Assembly: GCA_907165135.1 (NCBI GenBank)
Contig: OU015567.1
Location: 9,796,001 to 9,860,000 of the forward strand
Direction of reading: 5' to 3'
DNA: 64,000 nucleotides
Source of the DNA: Oikopleura dioica
Taxonomy: Eukaryota > Animalia > Chordata
A program made the translations under genes and the position numbers. This document shows, piece by piece, positions 51,925 through 64,000 of this stretch (positions are counted from its first letter, which is position 1; the number at the start of each line of letters is the position of its first letter). Under the pieces are notes generated by a model. It had not been told where the DNA came from, did not search any database, and saw only the letters and a list, made by a program, of their open reading frames with translations.

Positions 51925-53195
51925 ATGACTTCGGATTCAGAACTCGAAGAAATAATTGCTCCTGCAAAAGAATTCGCCAATAAGAAGAAGCAAAAGTAAG
52001 TCAATGAAGTTATATTTTTCGAATATATTCCGTTACGTTCATTTGGATTGAAGCCAAAAAGTGTTACGAAAGATCGTAAAGTAAGATATTTCTAGGATCC
52101 CAGAAGAGCTCAGAGAATGGATTGAACCAGTTCTGTGGAATTACAACAAAAATTGCATGAAATCACAGCATAGAGAGGACAGGAAAGTGTTTGAACAATA
52201 TGAAAATTAGAGACTTTTTGAGCATTGGGTGTTTTCCATTTATTTTTTGTTCTAAATTTATTCAAGGCTCGTCCATTTTGTTCCAAACCCGCTAAAGAAA
52301 GCCGCTTCTTCTCCGAAATTACCGAGATCTGGAAGATGGCTTCATCGTTGCTGTGATGATCAGGGTAAACATTTGGCGCATCATTTGAAAATGCGTTGCG
52401 CGCCGCCGCTGACTCTTGAATTTTTCAGGATTATTGTCCGAAGGTCGTCCAGACGCACAATCTGACGCGCACGCTCAAACGCGCAAGCAAGGTCGATAAT
52501 TGGGCATTCGTGTCTCAGAGACTCTGGAGTAAAACGGGATTCAATTTGTCTCAACTTACAATCGAAAAGATTCTCGACCACAACTCCTCCGTGCTTTTTG
52601 ACTTTTTGTTTGAGCTCAAAGAGTTTTTGGACGCCAGATTTCCAAAGGTAACAAAATCGAAGAAAAATAGAAATTGAGAAGAGAAATCGGTCTAGCAAAA
52701 GTGCGGCAAATAGAGCGCCAGAAGTTTCTTAAAATCTTTTGAGGGTCTAATTTAAGCTTTCAGGATCAAGAGGGATCCGATAAATCGTCGGAAATCGCTT
52801 ACGTAGACGTCGAAAAATACATACCATCTGTTCTTGACTCGCCAAAGGCAAAGAAGCCCCTTTCAAAGATAAATAATGTTAAAGTGTTGGACAAGAAAGC
52901 GAAATCAGGTGAGAAGCTGTCACATTTTCCTCTCAAAGCGCAACTCCCTTTTCAGCTCTGCAGAGAAACGACACGATTTTCAAAAACAACCGAAAGTGTG
53001 TTCAAGAGTTGAAAGCCCGATTTAATAGTCTTCAATGTAGGACTTCGATGATTTTTTATTATAAAAATGTCTGTAGCCGATGTTCAAGAGCGTAATAACG
53101 AGATCATCATGCTCGAGACGAGCGCTCGTTCAGTTCCTTCTCCTCATCCTTCACAAAGTTCCAAGAAGAAAGGTTGTTGCTGCGTGATTTCCTAA
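51925..53195 (+). CDS. Second, divergent SPEF1-like CH_2 protein ending in a CaaX box
   Basis: RDLEDGFIVAVMIRDYCPKVVQTHN...KVDNWAFVSQRLWSKTGF; spliced C-terminus SKKKGCCCVIS*. Confidence 0.7.
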
Positions 53196-53519
53196 TAAGG
53201 AAAAACGGCGCTCTTTTTTCTTTCAATGGCGGATGCTCCACTATTTTATTATTGACACTATTTTTTATTTTTACGCACTGCCCGTTATCAGTTCCGTACG
53301 TGCCTCAGTTATCCATCACGCTGCCCATTTACTTCACATCATCACCGCCCACTTACAGTTTTTTCTCACTGTTTACCCTTTCCATCAGGATCGGAGAGTA
53401 GCAGAAGTGGTTATGTAATCTCTTGAGTGTTTAGCGATTTGTGTGTATCGAAGCGCAGTTGAACTCGAATTGAAACAATTTGAAGAGCTCGAGACAATTC
53501 AAGAAATACGGAATTAGAG

Positions 53520-55192
53520 ATGGACCGTGAGTTTGCCACCCCGACGACGCCAAAGAAGCCGCCAAAGACTCCGGAGAAGAGAATCAGGGCATCGCCTATG
53601 TTATGGCTTCAGAATAATTTATCATTTCTTTAGAAATTTTCTTTAACATTTTTGATTGAATTTTTTACTGAAGCCTGATTACAGAAGTCCCCAGTACATC
53701 ATTCTCTACGATCGCCACATTCCACTCCGTCGAAGTCGCCCGCCCGAGAAGTTTACGGAGACCGATTTATGCCAATGCGTGCAAAAAGAGGGCTCAACTT
53801 CTCGGACGTGGAATCCCCCCAACACATCAAGCTGTCCAACGACAATGTGCACGACCAGGCAGCAAATAGAGAGAACATTCTTTACCAATCCCTACTGCGC
53901 AACGAAGTAGGCAATGGCAATATTGAGCGTTTGCCCTCGACGCTAACGCAAGAAACTGTTTTAAAATCGCCGCCGCTCATGAACTTCAAGCGAAAACATT
54001 TTAACCCCGAAGACTTGCCCAATACGTAAGAAAACGGTCCCCGTTTAATCGCAACGTTCTTTAGTTTTTCCTTATCTCCGATTTCCGCCAACTCCGAAAA
54101 ACTGCTCAAAAGCCCACGAAAAGCCGTCCGTAAAATTCCAAAAAGCCCATTCAAAGTTCTCGACGCACCCGACCTGCAAGACGACTTCTACCTCAACCTT
54201 GTCGACTGGTCTTCCACAAATGTCCTTTCCGTCGGCTTGTCGACGTGTGTCTACCTCTGGTCCGCCCATACAAGTCAAGTTACTAGATTATGTGATCTAG
54301 CGCCTGATGCGGACAATGTTAATTCTGTTGCATGGAACGACAAGGGAAATTATGTTGCAGTGGGAACGGCGAAGGGACATGTTCAGATTTGGGACGCGAT
54401 CGGTTAGGATTTCCCCTCTATCGTCAATCTAATATATTCTAGCGACGAAAAAGATCCAGACAATCGAAGGTCACCAGATGCGCGTGGGAGCCCTCGCCTG
54501 GAACGGAGAGCAGTTGAGCTCTGGAAGCAGAGATCGAACTATCCTCCAGCGAGATATCCGTTGCCCCTCGACGAGCGAGCGAAAGTTACAAGGCCATCGA
54601 CAAGAAATATGTGGCCTAAAATGGTCGCCCGATGGGCAATATCTCGCTAGTGGCGGAAACGACAACAAGCTGCTTGTGTGGAATAAACACGGCGCTACCA
54701 GTCCCATGCAGACGTATTCCGATCACATTGCGGCGGTGAAAGCGATCGCATGGTCTCCTCATCAACATGGTTTGTTAGCATCTGGAGGTGGAACTGCAGA
54801 TCGGTGCATAAAATTTTGGAATACTCTTACTCAAGCTCCTTTACAAAGGTATTTGAGATCAAGGAAGAGAAAAAATGTAACATTAAATCTTCAGCGTCGA
54901 TACTGGATCGCAAGTTTGCAATCTCGCCTGGTCAAAGCACACGAATGAGCTAGTTTCGACACACGGATACTCGCAAAACCAAATCCTCATCTGGCGATAT
55001 CCCTCCCTCACCCAAGTTGCCAAGCTTACCGGACACACTTACAGAGTTCTCTACCTCGCGACAAGCCCGGACGGCGAATGCATTGTCACGGGCGCCGGCG
55101 ACGAAACACTCCGATTTTGGAACGTCTTCTCGAAAATGCGATCCACGCGTGAACCATCAAGCGTGTTAAATTTATTTAACAACATTCGCTAG
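53520..55192 (+). CDS. FZR1: APC/C activator Fizzy-related/Cdh1
   Basis: C-box DRFMPMR, KVLDAPDLQDDFYLNLVDWS, GHRQEICGLKWS, GGGTADRCIKFWN, terminal IR* motif. Confidence 0.96.
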
Positions 55193-55599
55193 CCAATATT
55201 GAGCTACCTGTACTTTTATAAGAAAATTTACTGGCCTTCTTTGCGACTCTGAACTGCACTTATTCATTTAACTAAATGTCATAAAACAAAAACAAATAAT
55301 AATCAAGTTTCATTTACTTTCAACGCATTAGCCTCGCATTTATTCCAACAGAAGCAACTTTACCTTAGCATGAGAGGCACCCCTTTTCGAGTAGTAATCG
55401 GATAGAATTCAATGCAAAGCTCGCTGGTTTTCGAGTTACTCAAGCGTTTCAGTGCACATATTCACATTCTGGTTGTTGGTGTTCTTGAGTATCCTTCCAT
55501 CTTTATCTGTAATTATCATTTATTTTGTCTTTTATCGTAAAAAAATAATAAATGATTTCAAAAACACTATTCATGATCAAATTTTTGAAGAAAGGGAGG

Positions 55600-58124
55600 A
55601 TGGTCGCGATAACGGGCAACGAAGGTGAAAAATATGATCAGCCAACAGTTGGGCTGATCGTGCCGCCGCCAGAAATTAGGTCAATTGTCGAGAAAACTGC
55701 CTCGTTCGTGGCTAGAAATGGCGAACAGTTTGAACAGAAAATTAAACAGAATGAAGCTGCAAATCCTAAGGATCGTTTTAATCAGTTCTTCGGCTAAGTA
55801 AACTAAAAAAAGTAGAGGAACGCACTCAAAAACGTACTAAAAGTTTGACTTTCTCAAGGAAGAAAACCCGTACAACTTGTACTACCGAAAGAAAGTCGGC
55901 GATTTCATGGTAGGAACAGCAACTCTATCTAAACAGGATGAAAATACGACCACTGTTGAAGCTGTGCCCGAAGTGAAACAAAAGCTGCCCATGATTCCGA
56001 CTACGCCGCCCCAAGAATTTGAATTTTGCCACGACCCGCCAACGATGAATGCGCTCGATTTGGACATCGTCAAGTTAACAGCCATCTTTGTCGCTAGAAA
56101 TGGACGTAGCTTTCTTACCCAATTGATGCAGAAAGAAGCGAAAAACTATCAGTTCGATTTTCTTCGGCCACAGCATACACTTTTCCAGTACTTTTCGAAA
56201 CTCGTCGAACAATACAACAAGGTCTTGATCCCTTCGAAAAATATGAGAGCAAAATTGAGAAGCGACTTGAAAAACCAACAAGACATTCTCGACGACGTCA
56301 ATTATAGAGCAGAGTGGGGTAGATACCAAGAGCGAATCCGAAAGCAAGAACAGGAGAAGCAAGAAAAGGTAAAAATCCAAAGAAAGTCTATTCGATCTAG
56401 ATTTCATTTCAGGAAAGAGTGGCTTATGCTGAAATCGACTGGCACGATTTTGTTATCGTCGAGTCTGTCGACTTCCCACTTCATGAGCGAAGCGATCTTC
56501 CAGCGCCAGTGACGCGAGAAGAACTCGGTGTTCGAATGGCTCGAATGGTCCGAATCGAGCAAACTGGCTATGATTCAGAACAAGTTGAGCGATCCCAGCC
56601 TGAACCCGAGCCAGAGCCAACACCGCAACAGCCACAGCAACCGCAGATCATTGAGCGTGACCTTGGAGACGAGGCAAGACTTGAATCACGCATGTTATCA
56701 TTTAAAATTAATATCTACTTAGGTTCAAGAGCAAGTTGCTCCTGCTCCTCCCAAATTGCCAATGGCGCCAGTTGAATCCGCACCTCCTGTTCTCAACGAT
56801 AACATTGTCGTCCGCTCCAACTACAATCCCAAAGCCAAGACATTCGAACGACCGCAAGCTGGTGATGTCGAGTTCCTTATCTCACCTCTCACAGGAGAGC
56901 GTATTCCGGCTTCCAAAATGTCGGAACATATGAGAATCGGTCTTCTCGATCCCGCCTGGGTTGAGCAGCGGAAGAAAGAAATCGCCAAAGTAAGAATAAA
57001 ACCATCTTTCAAATTAAACATTCATCGTAGAAAAAAGAAGAGGAGGATTATTATGCCCAAGACGCAGCTGTTGCCAGCTCCTTGTCGAAAATCGCAAAGA
57101 AGCGAACGGATATCTTCGGTGTGGAAGAAACTGGCATCGGCCAAGAAGTCGGCGAAGAAAAGAAACGAGTGGACGAGATCGGTTGGGATGGACACAAACG
57201 AAATGCGAACCAAGCTATTGCAGCTCAGCACCAATCCGATGCTGAGCGGGCGCAACAGCGTCGAGATGAACTCAACCGTGGCATTCTTCCTGAAGATCTT
57301 CAAGGTCCTTTTTGAAAGGTTTCCACGTAGCTAACGAATTGTTTTAGATAATCAATTCGAAGCTCCTGGTCCTCGAACACAGCCATCTTTACCCCAGCCT
57401 GGAGCACCAACTGCACCTCGAGTCATTCCCCTCGTTCGTCATGTGGTTCCTCAACCTGTTGTTCACATCCAGCAACGAGCTCCAATGGGTGCCATTCCTC
57501 GCATGGGCATGGCTGGTATTGGAGTTCCTGGTGGAGCGGCTGGCATGCAGATGGGCATGCGCCCGCCAGTCATGGGCATGCAAACGTAACTATACATTTT
57601 TCTCTAACTGAATTTATCCGTTTACTAGTGGTATGCAAATGGGAATGCGCCCGATGGCACCAGGTGGAGCAAGCGTTACTATGGGCATGCGGCCACAAGG
57701 AATGGCGCGACCAACAATGGGCATTGACATGGGCGGACCACCAACGAAGAAAGCTCGACCAGAAGATAATCTTATTCCTGAAGCGGAGTTCCTCAAGATG
57801 CAGCCTCCCCAAGTTGTCTTCCAAATTTCGGTTCCAAAGGTTGAAAAGGACGACTGGAAGTGTCGTGGGCAGCTGATCTCTGTTGGCATGCCTCTGACCA
57901 GTACATTCAACGAAGTCAAAGCAAAGATCGAGTCCGAAACTGGAATGCCTCCGCAAAAACAAAAACTGCAAGTTGAAGGCGCTTTTGTCAAAGGTATTAA
58001 CTGACTTCAATAGGACACGTTTCTCATTTTTAATTCAGATCAAAACTCCCTGGCATTCTACAATGTTCGTCCATCAACACTTGTCCTCCTCACACTGAAA
58101 GAAAGAGGAGGCAGAAAGAAATAA
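55600..58124 (+). CDS. SF3A1: Splicing factor 3A subunit 1 (two SURP domains, PRP21-like region, ubiquitin-like tail)
   Basis: PPPEIRSIVEKTASFVARNG, IVKLTAIFVARNG, YAEIDWHDFVIVESVDF, HMRIGLLDPAW, LTLKERGGRKK*. Confidence 0.96.
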
Positions 58125-58324
58125 TTTGACAGCTGTGAAATTATTCATAACTGCTCGAAACTCTAGCCTGAACTTGAAAATCCTGCCCTATGTAACCGTT
58201 CATTCTTGTCTTCGAAAATATTGAATAAATCAAGTGTTCTGGTTCTCGATCTTTTCTGGTGCTGTTTTTGAAATACGCTGTCAGTTAAACGGCTTGCTTA
58301 TTTAACTAATTGGAGCCTCGCATT

Positions 58325-61300
58325 TTAAAGGCAACTTTGAAGACAAAATGTATGCATATATTTTTGGCAATTAGGCAATAAGATACCAGACGCTTCTCTC
58401 GCACTCATTAACCACATAGATCTCGTGTCACACGGTACCAAACAATGAGAGTTGGCTTTCGCATGCAAAATTAATCCACTCGCAATATGGTATGCCAGTG
58501 CTTCTTTACACATTTCGAAGCACATCTTTACCTAGAGAAATGATGCGATCTATAAATCGTCTTTAAATCTGGTCGAAATTGATCGCGGTAGTGCTTCGGT
58601 GCAGCTTTCAAAGAGGCTAATAAGAGAGCAACCTAGGACAAGACTTGGAATAACAGGAACGTCGTCCATTAAAACTTCATCTTGGAAAACGCATGAGTTG
58701 TCGGCTTTTTCAACGCAAAAATGGCAATTGGCTCAGTAAAGCGGCTTGACATTGATTGCTCATATTTAAATGGTTTTTGAAGAGTAATTGTCAAAGCCTT
58801 TTATAGATATTTTTCATGATGAGAATGTTATCGAGGAAGAAGCTTGGCTTTGGTACAACGACAAAATCTTTCTTGTGAATATTTGTGTCTTTATTTTGTG
58901 CTGCTTTGGATTACTTTGGGTAAATTTTATACGATAAATAATTTATAAATTATTTTTAGCTGATAAAAGTGTGCACATGTGAGGCGAAGAAAATGATTTA
59001 CAGGCAAAGTTTTGGTCGTAGTCAAAACACATCCCTTAAATCTCACAATGATCGTGTCTGAGTTCGCACCGATTAATACTATTTCACTTCACTACTAACG
59101 ATTACCTCTGTTTCTAACCTTCTGTTTTTTGTTATTTTACTCATTCGATGCTGTTACTAGAAACACTGGAGTGAGTCTCATGGACGCTGTGAACATCATG
59201 AGGAAAGTGTTCGTATTTGAGTTGGTTGCTCAATTCGAAATTGCTCCCGAAACACTGTTATCAGAATAACCATGCGAGGAGTGGCAGAGATAAACCCATC
59301 ATTACAACAGAACTCTATGGAAAATATGCTCTAGCATTTTTACACTGTACATTGATCAATAAATTCAATTCTCTTGAGAATAAACATGAATATTATTTGA
59401 TTTTTTTTAATAAAAAAAAAATCATTGGAGTCAAGTGATGTCTTCCTTGATTTCCTTGAATTTTTTTGTTTTGAATTTTTCGTTGCAAAATTTAAACCTT
59501 GATGATACAGTTGTGCCTTAGAATTGAGATAAGCTTCTTATTTTTGCGCAAGTATACATGCCTTTTTTAAGAACTCGCTTATGATTATGTTTGTTGGAAA
59601 GTTTATTTTGGGGACTGGTGAACTGCAAATTTACGGGTTCCTCTCGACAGAGACCGTGGTATTTTGCGTTTCATAAAATCCATGATCTGGTGTTTAGCGC
59701 TGACCCATGTTCAACTCTTGTAACCACGATAACAGGTGGACGACTTACCACAGGCTACGTTGCAATCGTGCTCCTAACTCCCTTCTCAGATAGAATTAGC
59801 ATAATCTGAAGCGCAATTTCGAGGCTCCACTTATCACATGCTAACGCGCTTACATTTGAAATGGCTCTGCTCAAATGAATGCCGAAGAACTGCCGTTAGC
59901 AAGCGTTAAAGCGTTCTGTATAATTCTTTCTTCCCGCAAGGTACCTAATTCGCTTTGCGGCGGGATAATTAACTCGAACTTTTGGATAATTTTCGAGGAA
60001 TAGCGTGAAGAATTCCTCAAAATTTTTATGAACAAAAGTTATCCGAAAAGATAAATTTACTTCAAAAATAAGAAATTTTGCGCGCAAATAAGAAATAAGA
60101 AATAATTCTGACAGTATTTTTCAAATGAACGGAATGTGCGTTGATTTTAGGCTCCTTCCTATTTACTCAGAGCCACGTGCAACTTCCCGTGATAAAGGTT
60201 GAAAATGTTTGTGCAGATTTGTTCGCTGGAGAAGTTTGGCGCGTCTCGCTGCAGAATCTGCAGACTAGGAATTGAATTTGTATTACCGCAAAAGGTGAAA
60301 CTGCAGATTTATAATTTCGTTAAGGTAGAAAATCATTTCGAGTGAAAGAAAATATGCTCAAGAGACAAGTACTCGAGATAGTAAGGTCGGAGGCAATAGA
60401 TCGTGTTCTTCTTTTAGATCTTTGCATTTTGGAAAGTCAAGATTCGTGGAAGCGAGCAGGGTTTGTTGACGACCAATTTAGAAATCTTATCAAACTGCAA
60501 AATTAAACAATGCAATCAAATCAACGAGCCATAATCAGATTCCGCTTGAGCTAAACATTTAGCCGCTCACGCCAAATTCGCAAAATCCAGCGCGCAAGGA
60601 CGAGTTTTGGAAATATTGAATGCAATCATATCTTAGGCCATTTGTTTGCAAGTTGCGCACCGAAGTCGGTTTTGAACGGACGTCGATAAAGTTTGAGCTA
60701 TATTTTTGTATAAATGCCGCTGCAATAGTCAAATAAAACTGTAGGATCTCTATTATTGTGGCTTCCTGAAATTCCTCCTGGAACTCGTCAATTCTTGCGG
60801 TTTCTCAGAGTGGCAATCAAAACCCAAGAATCAGCAATATATTCATCTTCCTCTGTACATTCCCTTGGCTAACAGCTGATTTGGATTTTCAAAGGTTTCC
60901 ATATATGGAAACCTTTGATTTTCTCGGGGCAAACGCTTGAAATACTCGGTAGAAAAAATCGCCATAATCATGCGTTTTCCTACTCTTTTTCGGCCGCCCT
61001 AGAATCCGTAAAACGTGTTACAATAACTGGCCGATGCATGTTGGCATTTTGGACGAAACTTATTTTAACTAAAAAGAACTTGACCCACAAAATTTTTCCC
61101 CAAAGTGATGAGCCTGCGGAGTCGTCTTTATCAGAATGCTTCCACTTTTGCCGATTGTGATAGTCGCTGGGCCGGCCAAGTGCGCAACTCCAAAACCTTT
61201 TTAGCAGGTGTTTCATAAATCTCTCTCAGGCCGGGCCGCTCAAGTGGACTCTCTCCACTCGAAGGCAGCTTCAAATATTCGAAAAAGGAGTTAATTTCAC

Positions 61301-62553
61301 GCTAGCAAAGGGCGGAATGCTCGAGTTAGAAAACGCACCCCACGCGTAAATTATTTAAAATTTCAGAGGGTAAACATTCAATGCGATTTTCTTTCAAATG
61401 GGTACTCTAATTTATAAACCAAAAACTCTTTACTCTCAACTCCGAGCCATTTTTTGCGACCAAATCTTAACTCTTAAACCTTCTTTATCCAGCCTCTGCG
61501 CATTTGGCTCTGGAAATATCCGGATTTACGCGACAATTCCGAGTGAATGTCGTTGAAGGACCTGGAGTATATTATTCCACCGTTTCGTCGGAAATTGACT
61601 GGCACGGAATTGTTTTGATTGATGATGAAAATCCTTGCGCTAACGTGGAAACTCTCTGATGCAATGATAAAAGTGCCAATGATCAATGATGATCAAATGA
61701 TCGCCCGGTCGATGGGATGATTAAAATAACTTGCTTCGTGCATCAAATTTTATTTCACGTTGCAATGGCCCACGTGAGCAAATCATTAGAATTCTCGAGT
61801 TCTGGCCGAGTGGTCCCTAATCATTGAGACTAAGCCGTCTTAGCTACCTCTAATGACTGCTAACGATAAGCTCCTGTTGTCAATTCGCACTATTTTCTTT
61901 TGGCAAGAAACAAGATAAAGGTTCTGTTAAGTTTAAAAACGAAAATTAAATTGTATCCAAAGCAAACTTTATACGCAGCAACGCAAGAATCGACCTGAAA
62001 CATCATAAATTGAATTAAACAATTTGATCACTATTCAATTTTCATGCAAAGCCGCAAGATGACCACACGATCCCAAAAAAGGTAATTGCCGAATGATGTT
62101 TTGGAGAAGAGTTCAAACTTTCACGTGTAATGACTCCATGGCTTAATTGTGAAACACGTGCTAGTTGAAGATAAAAATCAGGATAATCCGGTTCATACTT
62201 TTCTGCTGCTTGAACGATTTTAGGCTCATCGTAGATAGTGCTTGTTTAGCATCCTTTTCGGAAGTGAGTGGGGAAGGATTAACGAGTGGACTCTGTATTA
62301 TGTCATTACTATCTCGTCGGGCATTATAAAGGGTAATCCCCACGCCCTTGTTGGAATGCTCCGGACAAAACGAATCTCGCCGGGGTGGGCCGTCTTTATT
62401 CCGTAAAGAATAGAAGGTCCATTGAAGCAATGTTGCAAAACGCTGGAATTCGTTCTTGTTTCCAATACAACCATTTCTTTCGAATGAACTTGTCAAATGT
62501 CCTGGTTTATTTTGCAGTATACTTCTTTGTATCTGAAAGCTTCTTAGTTTCAA
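58325..62553 (-). other. Possible fragmented minus-strand gene (scattered exon-like open frames)
   Basis: Stop-free Cys-containing stretches of 40-130 codons near 58325-58525, 60160-60270, 60550-60800, 61474-61686, 62161-62553; not joined, no homology recognised. Confidence 0.2.
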
Positions 62554-64000
62554 AAAGGCGCCAGCTCAACTTTTCTTCGACCGGATCAAAGATGGAACTC
62601 TGTTTGATTCTTTTGCTACTTTGAACGGGCTCTAGAAGGGAGATAACTCGACATGCCACTTTTGTAGAGTGTCAACTGTCCGAGAGGATAATTCTATGAT
62701 TCTATGATCCCGCTTGGTGGAAGCTCGCGGGGTGGGAGTTTGTCAACTAACCGTTGATTAAAAACCGCGGAGACGTTGTTCGTGGAGAATGATTAAGTTC
62801 GTCACTTACAACCTTTTGTACCGAAAGGACAGGAATATCTGATTGAAGAAGGTCAAAATTTTTGAACCCCAGTAAGAAACGCATGTTCATTAAGATCAAT
62901 TACGATCAAATTATAGATCAAATCAAGCTCCCCAAAATGTGTCCGTTTTCAGGCTTTATCGTCTTGTAGCAGAAATGGCTTGCAAAAACCTCTTTCGATT
63001 TTTCCCTCTAAGATCGTTGCCATACTGTATTAGAAAGTTCTCCCGCTTGAACGCAGAATTCTAACAGAGGGACCCGATTTGCGGCTGAGCTAGCTCACGA
63101 ATTTCTCGAAAAAATGGAAATTTTCTACATTTGAATAATGAGTTTTTCATCAATGTCTCAAGCTTCTGCTGGGTGGGGGCGGATCTTCAACCGCACGTGA
63201 AGGTTTAGAGAGCTCATCCTGACGATTATGGAAAACATTTCAAAGTTGCTAATACAAGCGCTACCTGGAATGCGTCAGAACTTCCGCTTGATTGCAAGAC
63301 TTAAATTCAACCATAGTTCTATGCATTAATTAGAAACCGCGAGTTTAAGATAAAAATAAGGCCTCAACTATTTTGTTCGAAAAATTAGAAATTCAAGCTC
63401 CAATCAAACTCGAATTCAAGAAGAAAAACGGTCCACGTCAGTTCCCAGGCGGGTCCTTAAAACTCCTTGAAACTCAGTTTCTTACATCAGGTGATAAAAG
63501 CTCATTATCGAATTAATTTTAGAAGCGATTTACTCTGTTTTCTAAGACCGCAATAGAAGATCTGCCACAGTTCCACAAACAGATGGACTCGCATCATCGA
63601 TGTAAGCTTATAACTTCGCGAAATCCGCGCTGTGAATCAAATTGCAAAAAAATCAAAATCTGCCGTTTACACCTCTTGGGTGGCAATTTCGGTTTCATGT
63701 CTACCGCCGGTGTTGGACACGCTGTCCGACAGCGAGAGTGTACGCCATGTCAGACGGGATTCCCGTAATGAAAATCGCCCCAAAAATCATCAAACGGTAT
63801 GCTTCATGAATACATCAATATTTCTTTCACGAGGCATGATCTGCAAGGCACGTGCTTTTTAAGTAAAAATTTCGAATATCGGTAATTGTCACGAGCAGTT
63901 TTAATTTCTGCCGCCGTGTTTAATCTAATAACAAGGTGGTTATAATTTACACTCATTTTTCTAATGTCGTGTCAAATGTTATTGCAAGACTTTTAAGAAA

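Overview
Eukaryotic, very compact animal DNA: about 20 protein genes in 64 kb, most introns 40-50 nt, and a splice-acceptor-like AG just upstream of most start codons. Together with G[A/C/G]-AG introns this resembles a larvacean tunicate such as Oikopleura (inference, not confirmed). The window opens with the 3' part of a filamin gene, then an unknown minus-strand gene and a probable GTF3C4 gene. A minus-strand run (CEP41, HDAC1, WDR5, GMPPB, tRNA-Ala, PSME3, unknown genes) and a plus-strand run (MFSD5, DNAI2, UNC50, TCTP, TSR1, two SPEF1-like genes, FZR1, SF3A1) diverge from a roughly 1 kb promoter region. Strongest signal: the non-canonical introns with poor GA/GC/GG donors are bracketed by short inverted repeats, two of them in different genes share the same ends, and a 592-bp palindromic element with a 5-bp target duplication sits inside an HDAC1 coding exon. 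This suggests a transposon-to-intron continuum. Also notable: mutually exclusive exons in the filamin actin-binding domain, a reshuffled filamin Ig-repeat set, three antisense genes nested in large introns, an intronic tRNA in the putative TFIIIC gene, and a candidate C/D snoRNA in TCTP. Family assignments come from remembered protein motifs, not database searches, and exon boundaries were read by eye.
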